A DNA stretch of 64,000 nt from Candidatus Omnitrophota bacterium (GCA_031423615.1 JANPFV010000015.1:14666-78665); one strand, 5' to 3'. Shown: positions 42,101 to 49,610, counted from the stretch's first letter. A program made the numbers and translations. Notes: generated by a model not told the origin, from the letters alone.

Positions 42101-43592
42101 GAAGCCTGTCAAAAGTTTTACACTTAGTTGGCTTAACTCAGGAAAACCAGTTATTGGAGGTAAAAATGTTCAAGACATTGGAGTATCTATTTCACATTAT
42201 GGGGCGTTTCTTATGGTGATCGTTGGTTATGGAGAGCAAGGGTGTGATGTAGAAAATATACAAGAAAGAAACATGGGCCAATGGTTGGGCTTACTGGGAA
42301 AAAACAAATATAAACTTCTAGAACAGATGATTGCTCAAGGTAATAATTTAAATGTAGCAGGCACCTCTATATGGGGTGCAACTGAAGCAATAAAGAAATT
42401 TCATGGTAAATCCGAGAATTCAGTACAGTTTGTTAATGTGAACAGCAAGTATTCCACATTTAAATCGGCAGATTTGAATGAAAATAAACAAGTGATAACT
42501 TTTGTGATTCGACAAAAGATAATTATTTCTTTAATTGTTAATTTTGTAATTTCAAAAGAAATTGGCAGGGAAGCAATAAGGCTCGGATATAACGCTAATG
42601 TTTTTAGGATAGATCTTCAGTTAACTGGATCGCAAGAACAGCCGGTTTATATCCAAAGATTTCCTATAACATTTAAGAATGTAAAAGACTTAGGTAAAAG
42701 AGTTTATTTTGCTGATTATTTTGACTGGATTGGTGAAGTAAGAGAATATGGTTTATATCCAATCAAACACGAGTTGATTAGTCTATTCGAAACCGGCAAA
42801 TGGGGAATGGCAACAAATCATGTTAAGTTGAGAATATTAGGTGCGCTGAGGATAGATGATATTGTCGAGGCGAGGTTATGGCTGAATCGTGTTTCTGGAG
42901 AAAAGAACTCTGTATTAGATTTAATGTTTGAATGGTTTAGAGTAACATCCAATGACGAATATGAAAAAGTAGCGCTTAGCGAGCAACGTGTTTCATGGAT
43001 TCAGATAACTGGCCATGGAGAAGGGAAGATTGAGTCTTTCCCAAAATCTATAAATGAATTTATTGACATGTTGGGACCGCGAAAAAAGCATGTAGATAGG
43101 GATGAGAATCAAGCGAGGTATAGAGAATTAAATCTGGGAGAACAAAGATATCTTTTAGAAAGCACGAAGAATCTTCTTTTAACAGAAGAGATTTTCTCAA
43201 CGAGCCTTGAAGAATCGAATCTGGTAGGCAATATTTATTTTTCAAATTATGCTAAATGGCTAGGAAAAACCAGAGATAATTACTTCAGGGATTTGTTACC
43301 GAGTTATTATTTAGGCAAAGGAGAAAAGGGAGAATTTATTTGTTTAGATTGTGAAATATTTCATTTAATGGAGGCTATGCCTTTCGATAAGATAAGAGTC
43401 AAAATGTTTTTAAAGAAAGCTTTTCAGTATGGACTCGATTTTTATTTCGAGTTTTTAAAATATAAGGATGGCCAGGAGTCGAAACGATTGGCTTATGGCA
43501 CTCATAGGGTAGTATTTGGTAAAAGCGATAAAGGTAAAATTGTTCGGTATGATTTGCCAGTAGAAATTTTAAAAGTAGTAAATAATACTTAA
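36162..43592 (+). CDS. Enediyne-type (PksE-like) iterative type I polyketide synthase: HTH-like-KS-AT-ACP-KR-DH-PPTase-TE-TE
   Basis: KS GNTLTGE, NTIAGRICNYLNLKGGGYIVDGACSSSL, HGTGT, GHTKAAAG; AT PGQGSQ, GHSLGE, NAFHS; ACP LDSI; KR TGGAKGVT, YGLAN; DH DHNWKGSLLFP; PPTase SISH, GCDVE, WGATEAIKK; hot-dog TE EESNLVGNIYFSNY. Confidence 0.9.
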   Translation: MSEKLFRRLERFRLRNTLSILAFCKQLDTSPVNYHRWKKARHIVGPYKKILEDFLDRNDNPQGFPQSSYKVASNIAVIGIACYYPGANNLKDLWGNILARRVQFRRMLDQRLPLSQYYDADIKSPEKTYLTKAAFIENFKFDWDRLRIPRKTVESTDIAHWLALDTALKTFEDAGYKLRDIPLQNTGVIVGNTLTGEQTRSQSLRLRWPYVNKVLKTTMTHLSMGQENQNRLAHEMEKIYKSAFYPITEDSLSGGLANTIAGRICNYLNLKGGGYIVDGACSSSLLSVATAADALKMGNMDLALAGGVDVSLDPFELVGFAKAGALAKDQMRVYDQHANGFLPGEGCGFVLLKRLEDAIKDKNYIYAVIKGWGISSDGKGGIMEPSSSGQSFAIERAYKDLEYKISDVDFVEGHGTGTAKGDRVELEGIATAIAKAAQKNNSRLCGVTSFKSIVGHTKAAAGVGGLIKAICAVNQRILPPTANCSEPNDVFQDKAKGLYPIMQGSILLQGTKAKAGISSAGFGGINCHITVESKDLPKQTLKSEIEERALFVSNQKTEVFVFAARTTIHLQKVIQKFKEDLRNISIAEMADLAALLNKKARNRLPIKASIVADSPENLYEALKSLEKEITATPVEEGQIYRIQANDSNTHIILSHTVKTKRIGFIYPGQGSQRLNMTRTLVERYKWARDLLNLSKLPLYDLIYKSTDKFSTKEDQQEFEKQIADTKITQPAIIASSLIWTEFLSRLGIDPECVAGHSLGELIAFYRAGAFSKETLIKFAELRGRLMASRGRFSGSMVSLFCSKNQAEELIGKVTGNIVIANINSPTQVIVSGGHKEIERTVVLAEKEGISLYRLNVSNAFHSSFMKEASEKIQSSKILPDSFKVGDIKVYSGMSATALSSKVNLKEYFSKQVISPVSFVDTIEAISKNCDVLIEVGPGRVATDLIKAINKQQAPLCLPIESTSQNDKDLNIVLAELFVRNIVIKWEELYTNRLIKTFVPVSRKTFIRNQCEHPLKIGSQVLRTEISSNIELKQEVEEIKPQSRPVAHGQDNIADLLVDLIQAMTGFDRGSISLKSRLLDDLNLDSIKAAELIGQAAKVLGIAGQLDPSRFSNHTVEQIRDHLYKLVGETKSSQIEETTASLLKRYHDKNWVRNFVVDFKQEEIISRNVNQLKNLKSIVILSGKGEDALVNSIKKEFSNSKAKFQKIYFGDSQQKLEKFGTIDCLIVVLPKAPQNKDFDKNSFQEIVERLHQSIKLANSKQVHKDSFVVLVQFKNITSSCSKSIASTLYLERPDLKVRILDFDASASEKQISPRIIDELQTYERFNTVEYDLKFRRSVGYYQNSEPATYKKRNSSWTSKDVVLVTGGAKGVTAQCALEFARSTKARMVLVGRSLLPGNQKDENNEILQTLRQFDKEGLKAYYYPCDVTNEKQVSKTIQEIEKKLGKITGFVHGSGLNSLKRLQQVASEDAFEESLPKVMGAVNVCKAMSQPPKLIAGITSIIGLTGMEGSGWYGLANEVLNLYLHQFKNQNPQTDVVTIAYSVWDEIGMGAKLGSIDRLAEKGIGAIPVAEGVKRFKQLIENDPGTQQVIVAGRLAGIDTWKSATLKINYFRFIEKVEYILPEVELIARVHLNIKDDVYLLDHNWKGSLLFPFVFGFEAMAQGVAYVLGIEKFDYIKAKNINLERPISVPQESGTTIEIHAQVLERKKNDDSREVKVEIYSQETGYKEPHFSAVFEVDKKPKTFVKPEHSLMKKAKKVIDLDMQTDIYGPILFQGKLFQCIEKIHQLHYDKDDKKGQCVFTASYNKSTRIFLKENKKFKGDFLIGDPFFIDSVLQSMQLIIPQDLSLPRKIRSIELTPLSRKFHSEMISQSYIKKVNSEYYSGDAEVALGGFVLKIKNCHLIILETLSNNLPTNDLVNPALRDQKIIQTRVDEFSKELNFISPIICCLYDERLKNTNKDLRRKIEAPLVKVAVEKLFERSKKPVKSFTLSWLNSGKPVIGGKNVQDIGVSISHYGAFLMVIVGYGEQGCDVENIQERNMGQWLGLLGKNKYKLLEQMIAQGNNLNVAGTSIWGATEAIKKFHGKSENSVQFVNVNSKYSTFKSADLNENKQVITFVIRQKIIISLIVNFVISKEIGREAIRLGYNANVFRIDLQLTGSQEQPVYIQRFPITFKNVKDLGKRVYFADYFDWIGEVREYGLYPIKHELISLFETGKWGMATNHVKLRILGALRIDDIVEARLWLNRVSGEKNSVLDLMFEWFRVTSNDEYEKVALSEQRVSWIQITGHGEGKIESFPKSINEFIDMLGPRKKHVDRDENQARYRELNLGEQRYLLESTKNLLLTEEIFSTSLEESNLVGNIYFSNYAKWLGKTRDNYFRDLLPSYYLGKGEKGEFICLDCEIFHLMEAMPFDKIRVKMFLKKAFQYGLDFYFEFLKYKDGQESKRLAYGTHRVVFGKSDKGKIVRYDLPVEILKVVNNT

Positions 43593-43615
43593 GTTTTTAG
43601 GGGATTTATCTAAGC

Positions 43616-45796
43616 ATGAACTCAGTGGCACATTTACAGATTGTTTTATTTTCAGTTTCCGGGTTGATTGTTGGCCTGACGAGTATAATTTTAGCGTTAA
43701 TTTTAATTCTTTATGGAAAATCTAAACTTCATAGAATTTTTGCATTATTTAATTTTGCTGTTGCGTGGTGGGGTATTGCTGCATTCTTTATTGGTAAGTC
43801 AACCGATGCTGGTCAAACATTACTGCTTTTTAAAATAGCTCATATAGGAATTATTTTTATTGCAGTATTTTTTTATCATTTTTCCTGCATTTTTGCGGGT
43901 ATTAATCGAAAATTCTTAATTTCTTTCGCATATTATCAAGGCATCTTTTTTAGTCTACTGGCAATCTTTGATTTGGTCCCTTTTATTTCTAAAGTGGAAA
44001 AGATCAAAGACTCTCTTTTTTACCTACAATCTTCAGGTGTTTATCCTATTTTCTTCTCTCTATGGATTTTCTTGGTTTTTGTTGCTTTAGTTGAGACATT
44101 TCTTCAGTTTCGAATAGAAAAGAATGCTATTAAAAGAAATCAAGAACTATATCTTTTATTTTGGTTTTGTGTAGGGTTTTCCGGTGGTATTAGTAACTTC
44201 TTGCCTGCTTTTCAAATAAATATTATTCCTTTCGGAAATTTTACTATTCCAATTTATTGTGGCGTTGCCTCATACGCTATTTTAAAGCATAGCCTTTTGG
44301 ATATAAAAATTGTTGTTACTCGATTTGGTGTTTTCTTTTTGGTTTATTTTTTTGTCTTGGGTATCCCATTTGGTTTAGAAGCATGGGGACAGGAATGGTT
44401 AAAAGGGATATTGGGAGCGTTTGGAAGTTGGATTCCTATGCTGGTCCTTTTGGGGTTTGCTACTATAGGCCCATTTATTTATCTTTATCTCCAACGGAAA
44501 GCCGAAGAAAATATTCTGCAAGTCGAACAGGGGACTCAGGATTCCCTGAAGCAGGCTTCCTATGGCATGAACACCATCCATCATCTCGACAAATTATTAA
44601 ATCTTATCGTTAATGTTGTCGTTAGAACACTGCGCTTAGATTCGGCAAAGATTTTTTTGTTAGACCGTGATGCACAGAGCTATATTTTAAAAGCCTCGGA
44701 AGGTCAGCAAGAAAAAGTATTGCTGGTGGGGGACCCGTTAATTTTGGAGTTAAAGAGAAAGCAATATCCCTTAGTCTATGATGAAATTAAAATGCTGACC
44801 GATGGAGGAGACAAAACTTTATTAACTGTTGAATCGCAAATGCGAGATTTATCAATCAGTGTCATCGTTCCCATCGTGCTTAACAATAGTTTATTGGGCT
44901 TTTTGACTTTAGGGGAGCGCAAATCAAAAGCCATGTATACAAGAGGTCTATTAAATACATTATCAATTCTTGGGAATCAGGCTGGCCTTGCTATCGATCG
45001 ATGCAATTATATCGACGCTGAAGCAAAACGCCTCGAAGCGGAAGGACTAAAAGAAAGAATGGTCTCTTTAGACCATATGGCCAGTTCAATGGCTCATGAA
45101 ATCGACAATCCGATGCATATTATTCGCTCCTCTTTGTCTTTCCTCAAAGATTTTGTTTTAAAAGATGCTCGCGTTTCCGTTTTGCCCCAGGAAATAAAGA
45201 ATGATTTCCAGGAAGCCATTGTGCGCAGCCTTCACGCCGGAGATAGAGTGTCGGGTATGATCAAAGCCATTTTGGATTATTCGCGGATGGGAACAGGAAA
45301 GTTGGAGTCGGTGCGGATTGGTGAAGCATGGGACGGCTTCCTCCAACTTATCCAGCCGCAGATTAGAGAAGAGAAAGTAATATTTATAAAAGAGATTGAG
45401 AATGATTTGCCGCCCGTCTTGGGGGATCGTGTTCAGTTGGAAGAAATTTTTATGAATTTTGTCCGGAATTCGCTTCACGCGATCAAACGGAATGCAGACA
45501 AGAAAATAACCCTTAAGATTTTTAAAAAAAGCAATGACATCGTCCGCATTGAATGTTCCGATAATGGTTATGGCATCCCAAAGGAAATCATTAATGATAT
45601 TTTTCTTTCTTCCATGACCACGAAGGGCTCAAGCGAAGGCACAGGGCTGGGTCTCTATCGGGTAAGAAAAATTGTCGATCTTTTTCGGGGAAAAGTATGG
45701 GCCGAATCGGAAGGCCAGGAAAAAGGTGCTACTTTCATCGTGGAATTACCCGTGTATGAGAATAGTAAAAGTGATAATGACGGAGAAGCCGTTTAA
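43616..45796 (+). CDS. Sensor histidine kinase with multi-TM (7TM-like) input domain and GAF domain
   Basis: About 9 N-terminal TMs; GAF (VIVPIV...GFLTLG...NQAGLA); AHEIDNP, NFVRNS, DNGYGI, GTGLGL. Confidence 0.9.
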   Translation: MNSVAHLQIVLFSVSGLIVGLTSIILALILILYGKSKLHRIFALFNFAVAWWGIAAFFIGKSTDAGQTLLLFKIAHIGIIFIAVFFYHFSCIFAGINRKFLISFAYYQGIFFSLLAIFDLVPFISKVEKIKDSLFYLQSSGVYPIFFSLWIFLVFVALVETFLQFRIEKNAIKRNQELYLLFWFCVGFSGGISNFLPAFQINIIPFGNFTIPIYCGVASYAILKHSLLDIKIVVTRFGVFFLVYFFVLGIPFGLEAWGQEWLKGILGAFGSWIPMLVLLGFATIGPFIYLYLQRKAEENILQVEQGTQDSLKQASYGMNTIHHLDKLLNLIVNVVVRTLRLDSAKIFLLDRDAQSYILKASEGQQEKVLLVGDPLILELKRKQYPLVYDEIKMLTDGGDKTLLTVESQMRDLSISVIVPIVLNNSLLGFLTLGERKSKAMYTRGLLNTLSILGNQAGLAIDRCNYIDAEAKRLEAEGLKERMVSLDHMASSMAHEIDNPMHIIRSSLSFLKDFVLKDARVSVLPQEIKNDFQEAIVRSLHAGDRVSGMIKAILDYSRMGTGKLESVRIGEAWDGFLQLIQPQIREEKVIFIKEIENDLPPVLGDRVQLEEIFMNFVRNSLHAIKRNADKKITLKIFKKSNDIVRIECSDNGYGIPKEIINDIFLSSMTTKGSSEGTGLGLYRVRKIVDLFRGKVWAESEGQEKGATFIVELPVYENSKSDNDGEAV

Positions 45797-45808
45797 AAGG
45801 AGCAAATT

Positions 45809-46213
45809 ATGGATCGGTCCAAAATAAAGATTTTGGTCGTCGATGATGAAGAGGATATTACATTTTTTACCGCCAAGATATTGCAGTACGATGGGTTTCA
45901 GGTTTATAAAGCCTTAGATGGAGCTTCGGCATTGGCAGTCTTTGAAAAGGAATGTCCGCATATTTGTCTCTTGGATGTTCACTTGGGATATTCCAAAATA
46001 GATGGAATGGAAGTTTTAGAAAAAATAAGGAAATCGGGCAGCGACACGGAATGTATTATGATTACTCGGATCACAGATCAAGAAACGATGGCAAAAGCAA
46101 AGACCCTAGGCGTAAAGGAATATTTATTAAAGCCATTGGCCATGGAGGATTGGTTAAAGAAGGTGCATGCTGTCGCAGAAAATATCGACGAGAGGAGTGC
46201 GCCCCATGGCTAA
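45809..46213 (+). CDS. Single-domain response regulator
   Basis: LVVDDE, LLDVHL, IT, LLKP. Confidence 0.9.
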   Translation: MDRSKIKILVVDDEEDITFFTAKILQYDGFQVYKALDGASALAVFEKECPHICLLDVHLGYSKIDGMEVLEKIRKSGSDTECIMITRITDQETMAKAKTLGVKEYLLKPLAMEDWLKKVHAVAENIDERSAPHG

Positions 46214-46709
46214 TCCTCTTAACAATGAGCAGGCTTTGTATGACCAAATCAAGAATGAGAAAATCACCGTTCCATTGGTCATTTGGGATTTGATGTATCG
46301 CTATCTGGGTGATGAAATATCCGCGATGACGCAAATTACTTTGTCTTATTGGCGGTGCAATGAGCCGATCCCCGTCTCTGATGCCGGCAAGCTGCTTGAC
46401 CATTCCAAGAAGATCAACACCGTGATCAGAAAAATTATTTATCATGACGAGATTAAAGATGAAAATGAAAAAATTGGGGAATTAAGAAATATTAACACCA
46501 AACTTCACCCGATTCTTAATGAACTGTTCTTTCATTATATCGGTAATGATCTCTATGGAATTGACTTGATTGTCGCGTCCTATATTGATGAATCAGATCC
46601 GCAGCCGGTTCCGGTAGAAATGGCCCGTAAGATTTTAAATAAAACTGCCAGCATGAAATTGTTTATGGATAGATTAAGGGAAGCGACCAATCAGGAAGTA
46701 AGAATTTAG
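46206..46709 (+). CDS. Hypothetical protein with two internal DHp/HisKA-like repeats
   Basis: RBS AGGAG, ATG 46206; repeats WDLMYRYLGDEI...EPIPVSDAGKLL and NELFFHYIGNDL...QPVPVEMARKIL. Confidence 0.75.
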   Translation: MANPLNNEQALYDQIKNEKITVPLVIWDLMYRYLGDEISAMTQITLSYWRCNEPIPVSDAGKLLDHSKKINTVIRKIIYHDEIKDENEKIGELRNINTKLHPILNELFFHYIGNDLYGIDLIVASYIDESDPQPVPVEMARKILNKTASMKLFMDRLREATNQEVRI

Positions 46710-46718
46710 GAGACAGGG

Positions 46719-47489
46719 ATGATTAAGATATTGATTGTCGACGACGAACCGGAAATTTGCGAATCGATTAAAAAACCTTTTGCTTACCTGGGGTTTACGG
46801 TGTTTACGGCGACCACAGCCAAGAAAGCCTTAAACATTTTTGAGAAGAATAAACCCAAGATTATTTTCTTGGATATTATTATGCCGGATAGGGATGGTTT
46901 GGAATTGCTTAAGAAGTTTAAAGAGCTGGATCCGAAAGTCATTGTCATCATGGTCACGGCTAAAGGCGGCGAGGAAACCCGTAAGAAAGCGATTGCGCTC
47001 GGCGCCGATGATTTTATGACCAAGGGCTTTAGTTTTGAGGATTTGCGGGATATTTCCCGGAAAAAAATTGAGATGCTTCTGGGAAAAGCCGGTCATATGC
47101 AAAAACCGCGCATTCTAATTGTCGACGATGAAGATCAGGCCCGCGATAATTTACGAAATTTTATAACTCCATTGTATGAATGCGATATTGAAGAAGCGCA
47201 GGATGGCGAATCGGCGATTGAAAAGGTCCAAAAGATGCAGCCGGATGTTGTTTTATTAGATGTGAGAATGCCCGGGGTGGATGGAATTAGGGCCATTGAA
47301 GAAATCAAGGAGATCAGTCCGGATTCGCGTATTATTGTGATCAGCGGTCACGGGACGCCCGATGTTGTTTCAAAAGCCATGGCTTTGGGAGCGTTTGATT
47401 ATTTGGTCAAGCCCATTGACTTTGAACTGTTTCCGGAAAGATTTGAACCGGCCCTGATTAGTATGGGAAAACTTATCAAAAAGACTTAG
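46719..47489 (+). CDS. Tandem double-receiver response regulator
   Basis: Two ILIVDDE...D..MP...K receiver domains, no output domain. Confidence 0.9.
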   Translation: MIKILIVDDEPEICESIKKPFAYLGFTVFTATTAKKALNIFEKNKPKIIFLDIIMPDRDGLELLKKFKELDPKVIVIMVTAKGGEETRKKAIALGADDFMTKGFSFEDLRDISRKKIEMLLGKAGHMQKPRILIVDDEDQARDNLRNFITPLYECDIEEAQDGESAIEKVQKMQPDVVLLDVRMPGVDGIRAIEEIKEISPDSRIIVISGHGTPDVVSKAMALGAFDYLVKPIDFELFPERFEPALISMGKLIKKT

Positions 47490-47536
47490 TCCCAATTTTT
47501 GTCAGAGGGTTTAATTTATAGAAAATTGGGATTACC

Positions 47537-47593
47537 TCGATAGACCGTTGGTCTATCGACTGTTCGGGCGGATTTTTTCTATTGAAAAATCCG
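47537..47593. terminator. Two hairpins between convergent genes
   Basis: TCGATAGACC-GTT-GGTCTATCGA and CGGATTTTT...AAAAATCCG. Confidence 0.6.
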
Positions 47594-47595
47594 GG

Positions 47596-48171
47596 TTAAT
47601 AGCGGCCGGGGTTTTCAATAGCTATAAATTTGCATTTGACTTTTGAAATATTTTTGAATTGATGTGATTTGGTGCTGTCAAAAGAAACGCTGTCCCCGCC
47701 TTTTAAAGTCATTTCTTTATCTGCAATGACGCAGACCAGTTGTCCCATGACGACATAAACCAATTTTTCATATTTCCCTCGGCCCTGAGGAGCGCGGTCT
47801 ATCGGAGTTTGCCCCGCTGGCTGAAGGACGAACTCTTGCGCTAAAAAACTGTGATTAGGGTTATTGATTATACTCGATGAAGCAGTCGGGCCGAAGATGT
47901 AGCCGCCGCTTTTTTCCCGTTCGCGCTTCCTTATTATGAGGCATTCTTCGAATTCGGTGTCCTTAAACAGTTCTTTGAGAGGAATATTTAAAAGGTAGCA
48001 AAGTGTGTTTAGTGATGAAAATTTATGGGTATGTCCGGCTTCGATCCTATTGATGGTAGGGATAGAGATACACTTCTGGGGACCTAAAATCACCAGTCCC
48101 CGCTCATAAACATCTCGCACGGTTAAGTTTAAATCCTTTCGGATTTTTTTAATCTTTTCGTAATATTTCAT
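47596..48171 (-). CDS. XRE-family HTH plus cupin transcriptional regulator
   Basis: IKKIRK...SIPTINRIEAG HTH; cupin EKLVYVVMGQL...GDSVSFDSTKSHQF; ATG 48171. Confidence 0.88.
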   Translation of the reverse strand: MKYYEKIKKIRKDLNLTVRDVYERGLVILGPQKCISIPTINRIEAGHTHKFSSLNTLCYLLNIPLKELFKDTEFEECLIIRKREREKSGGYIFGPTASSSIINNPNHSFLAQEFVLQPAGQTPIDRAPQGRGKYEKLVYVVMGQLVCVIADKEMTLKGGDSVSFDSTKSHQFKNISKVKCKFIAIENPGRY

Positions 48172-48189
48172 CTTTTTCCCTTCACTACG

Positions 48190-48218
48190 TTTATACAATA
48201 ACCAAGCATTTATGTCAA
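48190..48218 (-). promoter_or_regulatory. Sigma70 promoter for the XRE-cupin gene
   Basis: TTGACA-N17-TATAAA on the minus strand. Confidence 0.7.
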
Positions 48219-48244
48219 TCATAATTAGCACAAAAGTTCTCAAT

Positions 48245-48385
48245 TTTGATATATTTTATAAAATATATCAAATATAAATTAGCATTAATAATTTAATTGT
48301 ATGCAATGTAATAACTTATGAGATTTATAAAATATATCAAAATATGACATATAAATTTGCACTTTGATATATTGCATGTTATCTT
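48245..48385. promoter_or_regulatory. Operator array (28-bp perfect palindrome plus two further half-sites) and plus-strand promoter
   Basis: TTTGATATATTTTATAAAATATATCAAA 48245-48272; AATATATCAAA 48331-48341; TTTGATATATT 48363-48373 inside TTGCAC-N17-TATCTT. Confidence 0.75.
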
Positions 48386-48409
48386 TGAGATAAGGGAGGC
48401 GAGAATAAT

Positions 48410-48583
48410 ATGATTGAAGTCCTATTGAAATTCAGCGCAATGCTTAAAGTTCTCGGTTTGCCGTTCTTATTTCTCGTGACTTTAAATTCTAGAAAGCAGT
48501 TAAAGACACTGGAAAAATATTCTAATCATGACGATGACGTTCCTGGTGACAATTTTCCCCATGTCTTTATGAGCAAAAATTAA
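48410..48583 (+). CDS. Small 57-aa protein with hydrophobic N-terminus (absent from ORF track)
   Basis: RBS AGGGAGG; MIEVLLKFSAMLKVLGLPFLFLVTLNSRKQLKTLEKYSNHDDDVPGDNFPHVFMSKN. Confidence 0.6.
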   Translation: MIEVLLKFSAMLKVLGLPFLFLVTLNSRKQLKTLEKYSNHDDDVPGDNFPHVFMSKN

Positions 48584-48617
48584 TAATGCAAAGCACATTT
48601 TGAGAGGAGGTCCACGC

Positions 48618-48845
48618 ATGCACGCGCTATTGATATTGGAAAATGACAATGTTACAAATTTGCGAGTTCTTGTCACGGTAAGAAATAAGAAACTTAAAAA
48701 AGAAATTATTTTCTTACTTCAGGAAAATCGCGTGCGGGAGGCCTTTGAACTTTTAAAATCGCGCGCCGAAGTCAGGGCCTATCTTCCAAAGGGAAGTAAG
48801 CTACTGGTGACACCAGAAATTATTTTATTTGAAGATTTGTTGTAA
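48618..48845 (+). CDS. Small hypothetical protein (75 aa)
   Basis: RBS AGGAGG 7 nt before ATG 48618. Confidence 0.7.
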   Translation: MHALLILENDNVTNLRVLVTVRNKKLKKEIIFLLQENRVREAFELLKSRAEVRAYLPKGSKLLVTPEIILFEDLL

Positions 48846-48969
48846 AAATTATTTCGTCTGTACAGACAAAACTCATTTCTCAAATCCCCCCTTTCCTATA
48901 AAATGAGTTGTAATAAATAAGTTTTGACATTTTTTAAGCGCTTTGTTTCTGTGGTATACTGTCAACGAT

Positions 48970-49608
48970 ATGGTCAAGAATCATCCTAAAATATTGGTGG
49001 TCGACGACGAGCCCGACGTGACAGCCTATTTTCAGAAGTTCTTTGGAAGAAAAGGATTCTTTGTCAACACGACGGCCAGCGGTAAAGATGCTTTAGGCAT
49101 GATCAAAGCATCCAAACCGGACCTGGTTTTTCTGGATTTAACTTTGGCGGAGATGACCGGACGGCAAGTGCTGCAAGCCTTGCGAAAATTTGATCGAGAA
49201 ACCAAGGTTATCGTGATTACCGGCCATACTCTGAATTCTGAAGCGGAGAGCGAAGAATTCAGGGCCTTAGGCATCAGTGCTTATTTAAATAAACCGCTGA
49301 GTTTGGATGAGGTTGATAAGATGGCCAAAATGATTTTGGGGGATAATTATCCGTTAGCGCAATTTGATCAAAATATTCCGACCCAGGAAATAAAACAAGC
49401 TTTATCGACGGCAACTCACAAATTGCGCAATCTCCTCGGCAATATTAAAGGGGAGTGTCAAGTTTATCTGATCCATAAAAAGTCGGGTAAGTACAAAAAC
49501 AAATCAAAAGATGATGTGCAGAAAATGTCTGATGTTATTATCGAAGATGTCGTGGTTACGATTAATAAGGTGATGGAAGTTCTTAATGGTGTTAAAAGCG
49601 AGAAATAG
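48970..49608 (+). CDS. Response regulator receiver fused to a DHp-like helical domain
   Basis: LVVDDE...FLDL...NKP receiver; C-terminal ATHKLRNLL H-box-like motif; no ATPase domain. Confidence 0.85.
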   Translation: MVKNHPKILVVDDEPDVTAYFQKFFGRKGFFVNTTASGKDALGMIKASKPDLVFLDLTLAEMTGRQVLQALRKFDRETKVIVITGHTLNSEAESEEFRALGISAYLNKPLSLDEVDKMAKMILGDNYPLAQFDQNIPTQEIKQALSTATHKLRNLLGNIKGECQVYLIHKKSGKYKNKSKDDVQKMSDVIIEDVVVTINKVMEVLNGVKSEK

Positions 49609-49610
49609 CA

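Noticed and set aside
36162-43592. Calling this a bona fide enediyne antibiotic cluster
   Set aside because: No recognisable E3/E4/E5 cassette, oxidative tailoring, apoprotein or resistance genes in the window; only the PKS type matches.
48245-48373. CRISPR array, MITE or replication iterons
   Set aside because: No regular repeat-spacer periodicity, cas gene, transposase or rep gene; position between divergent promoters fits operators.
48820-48897. 18-aa minus-strand ORF MSFVCTDEIIFTTNLQIK behind a G-rich RBS-like tract
   Set aside because: Very short, overlaps the 75-aa ORF, and has no independent support.
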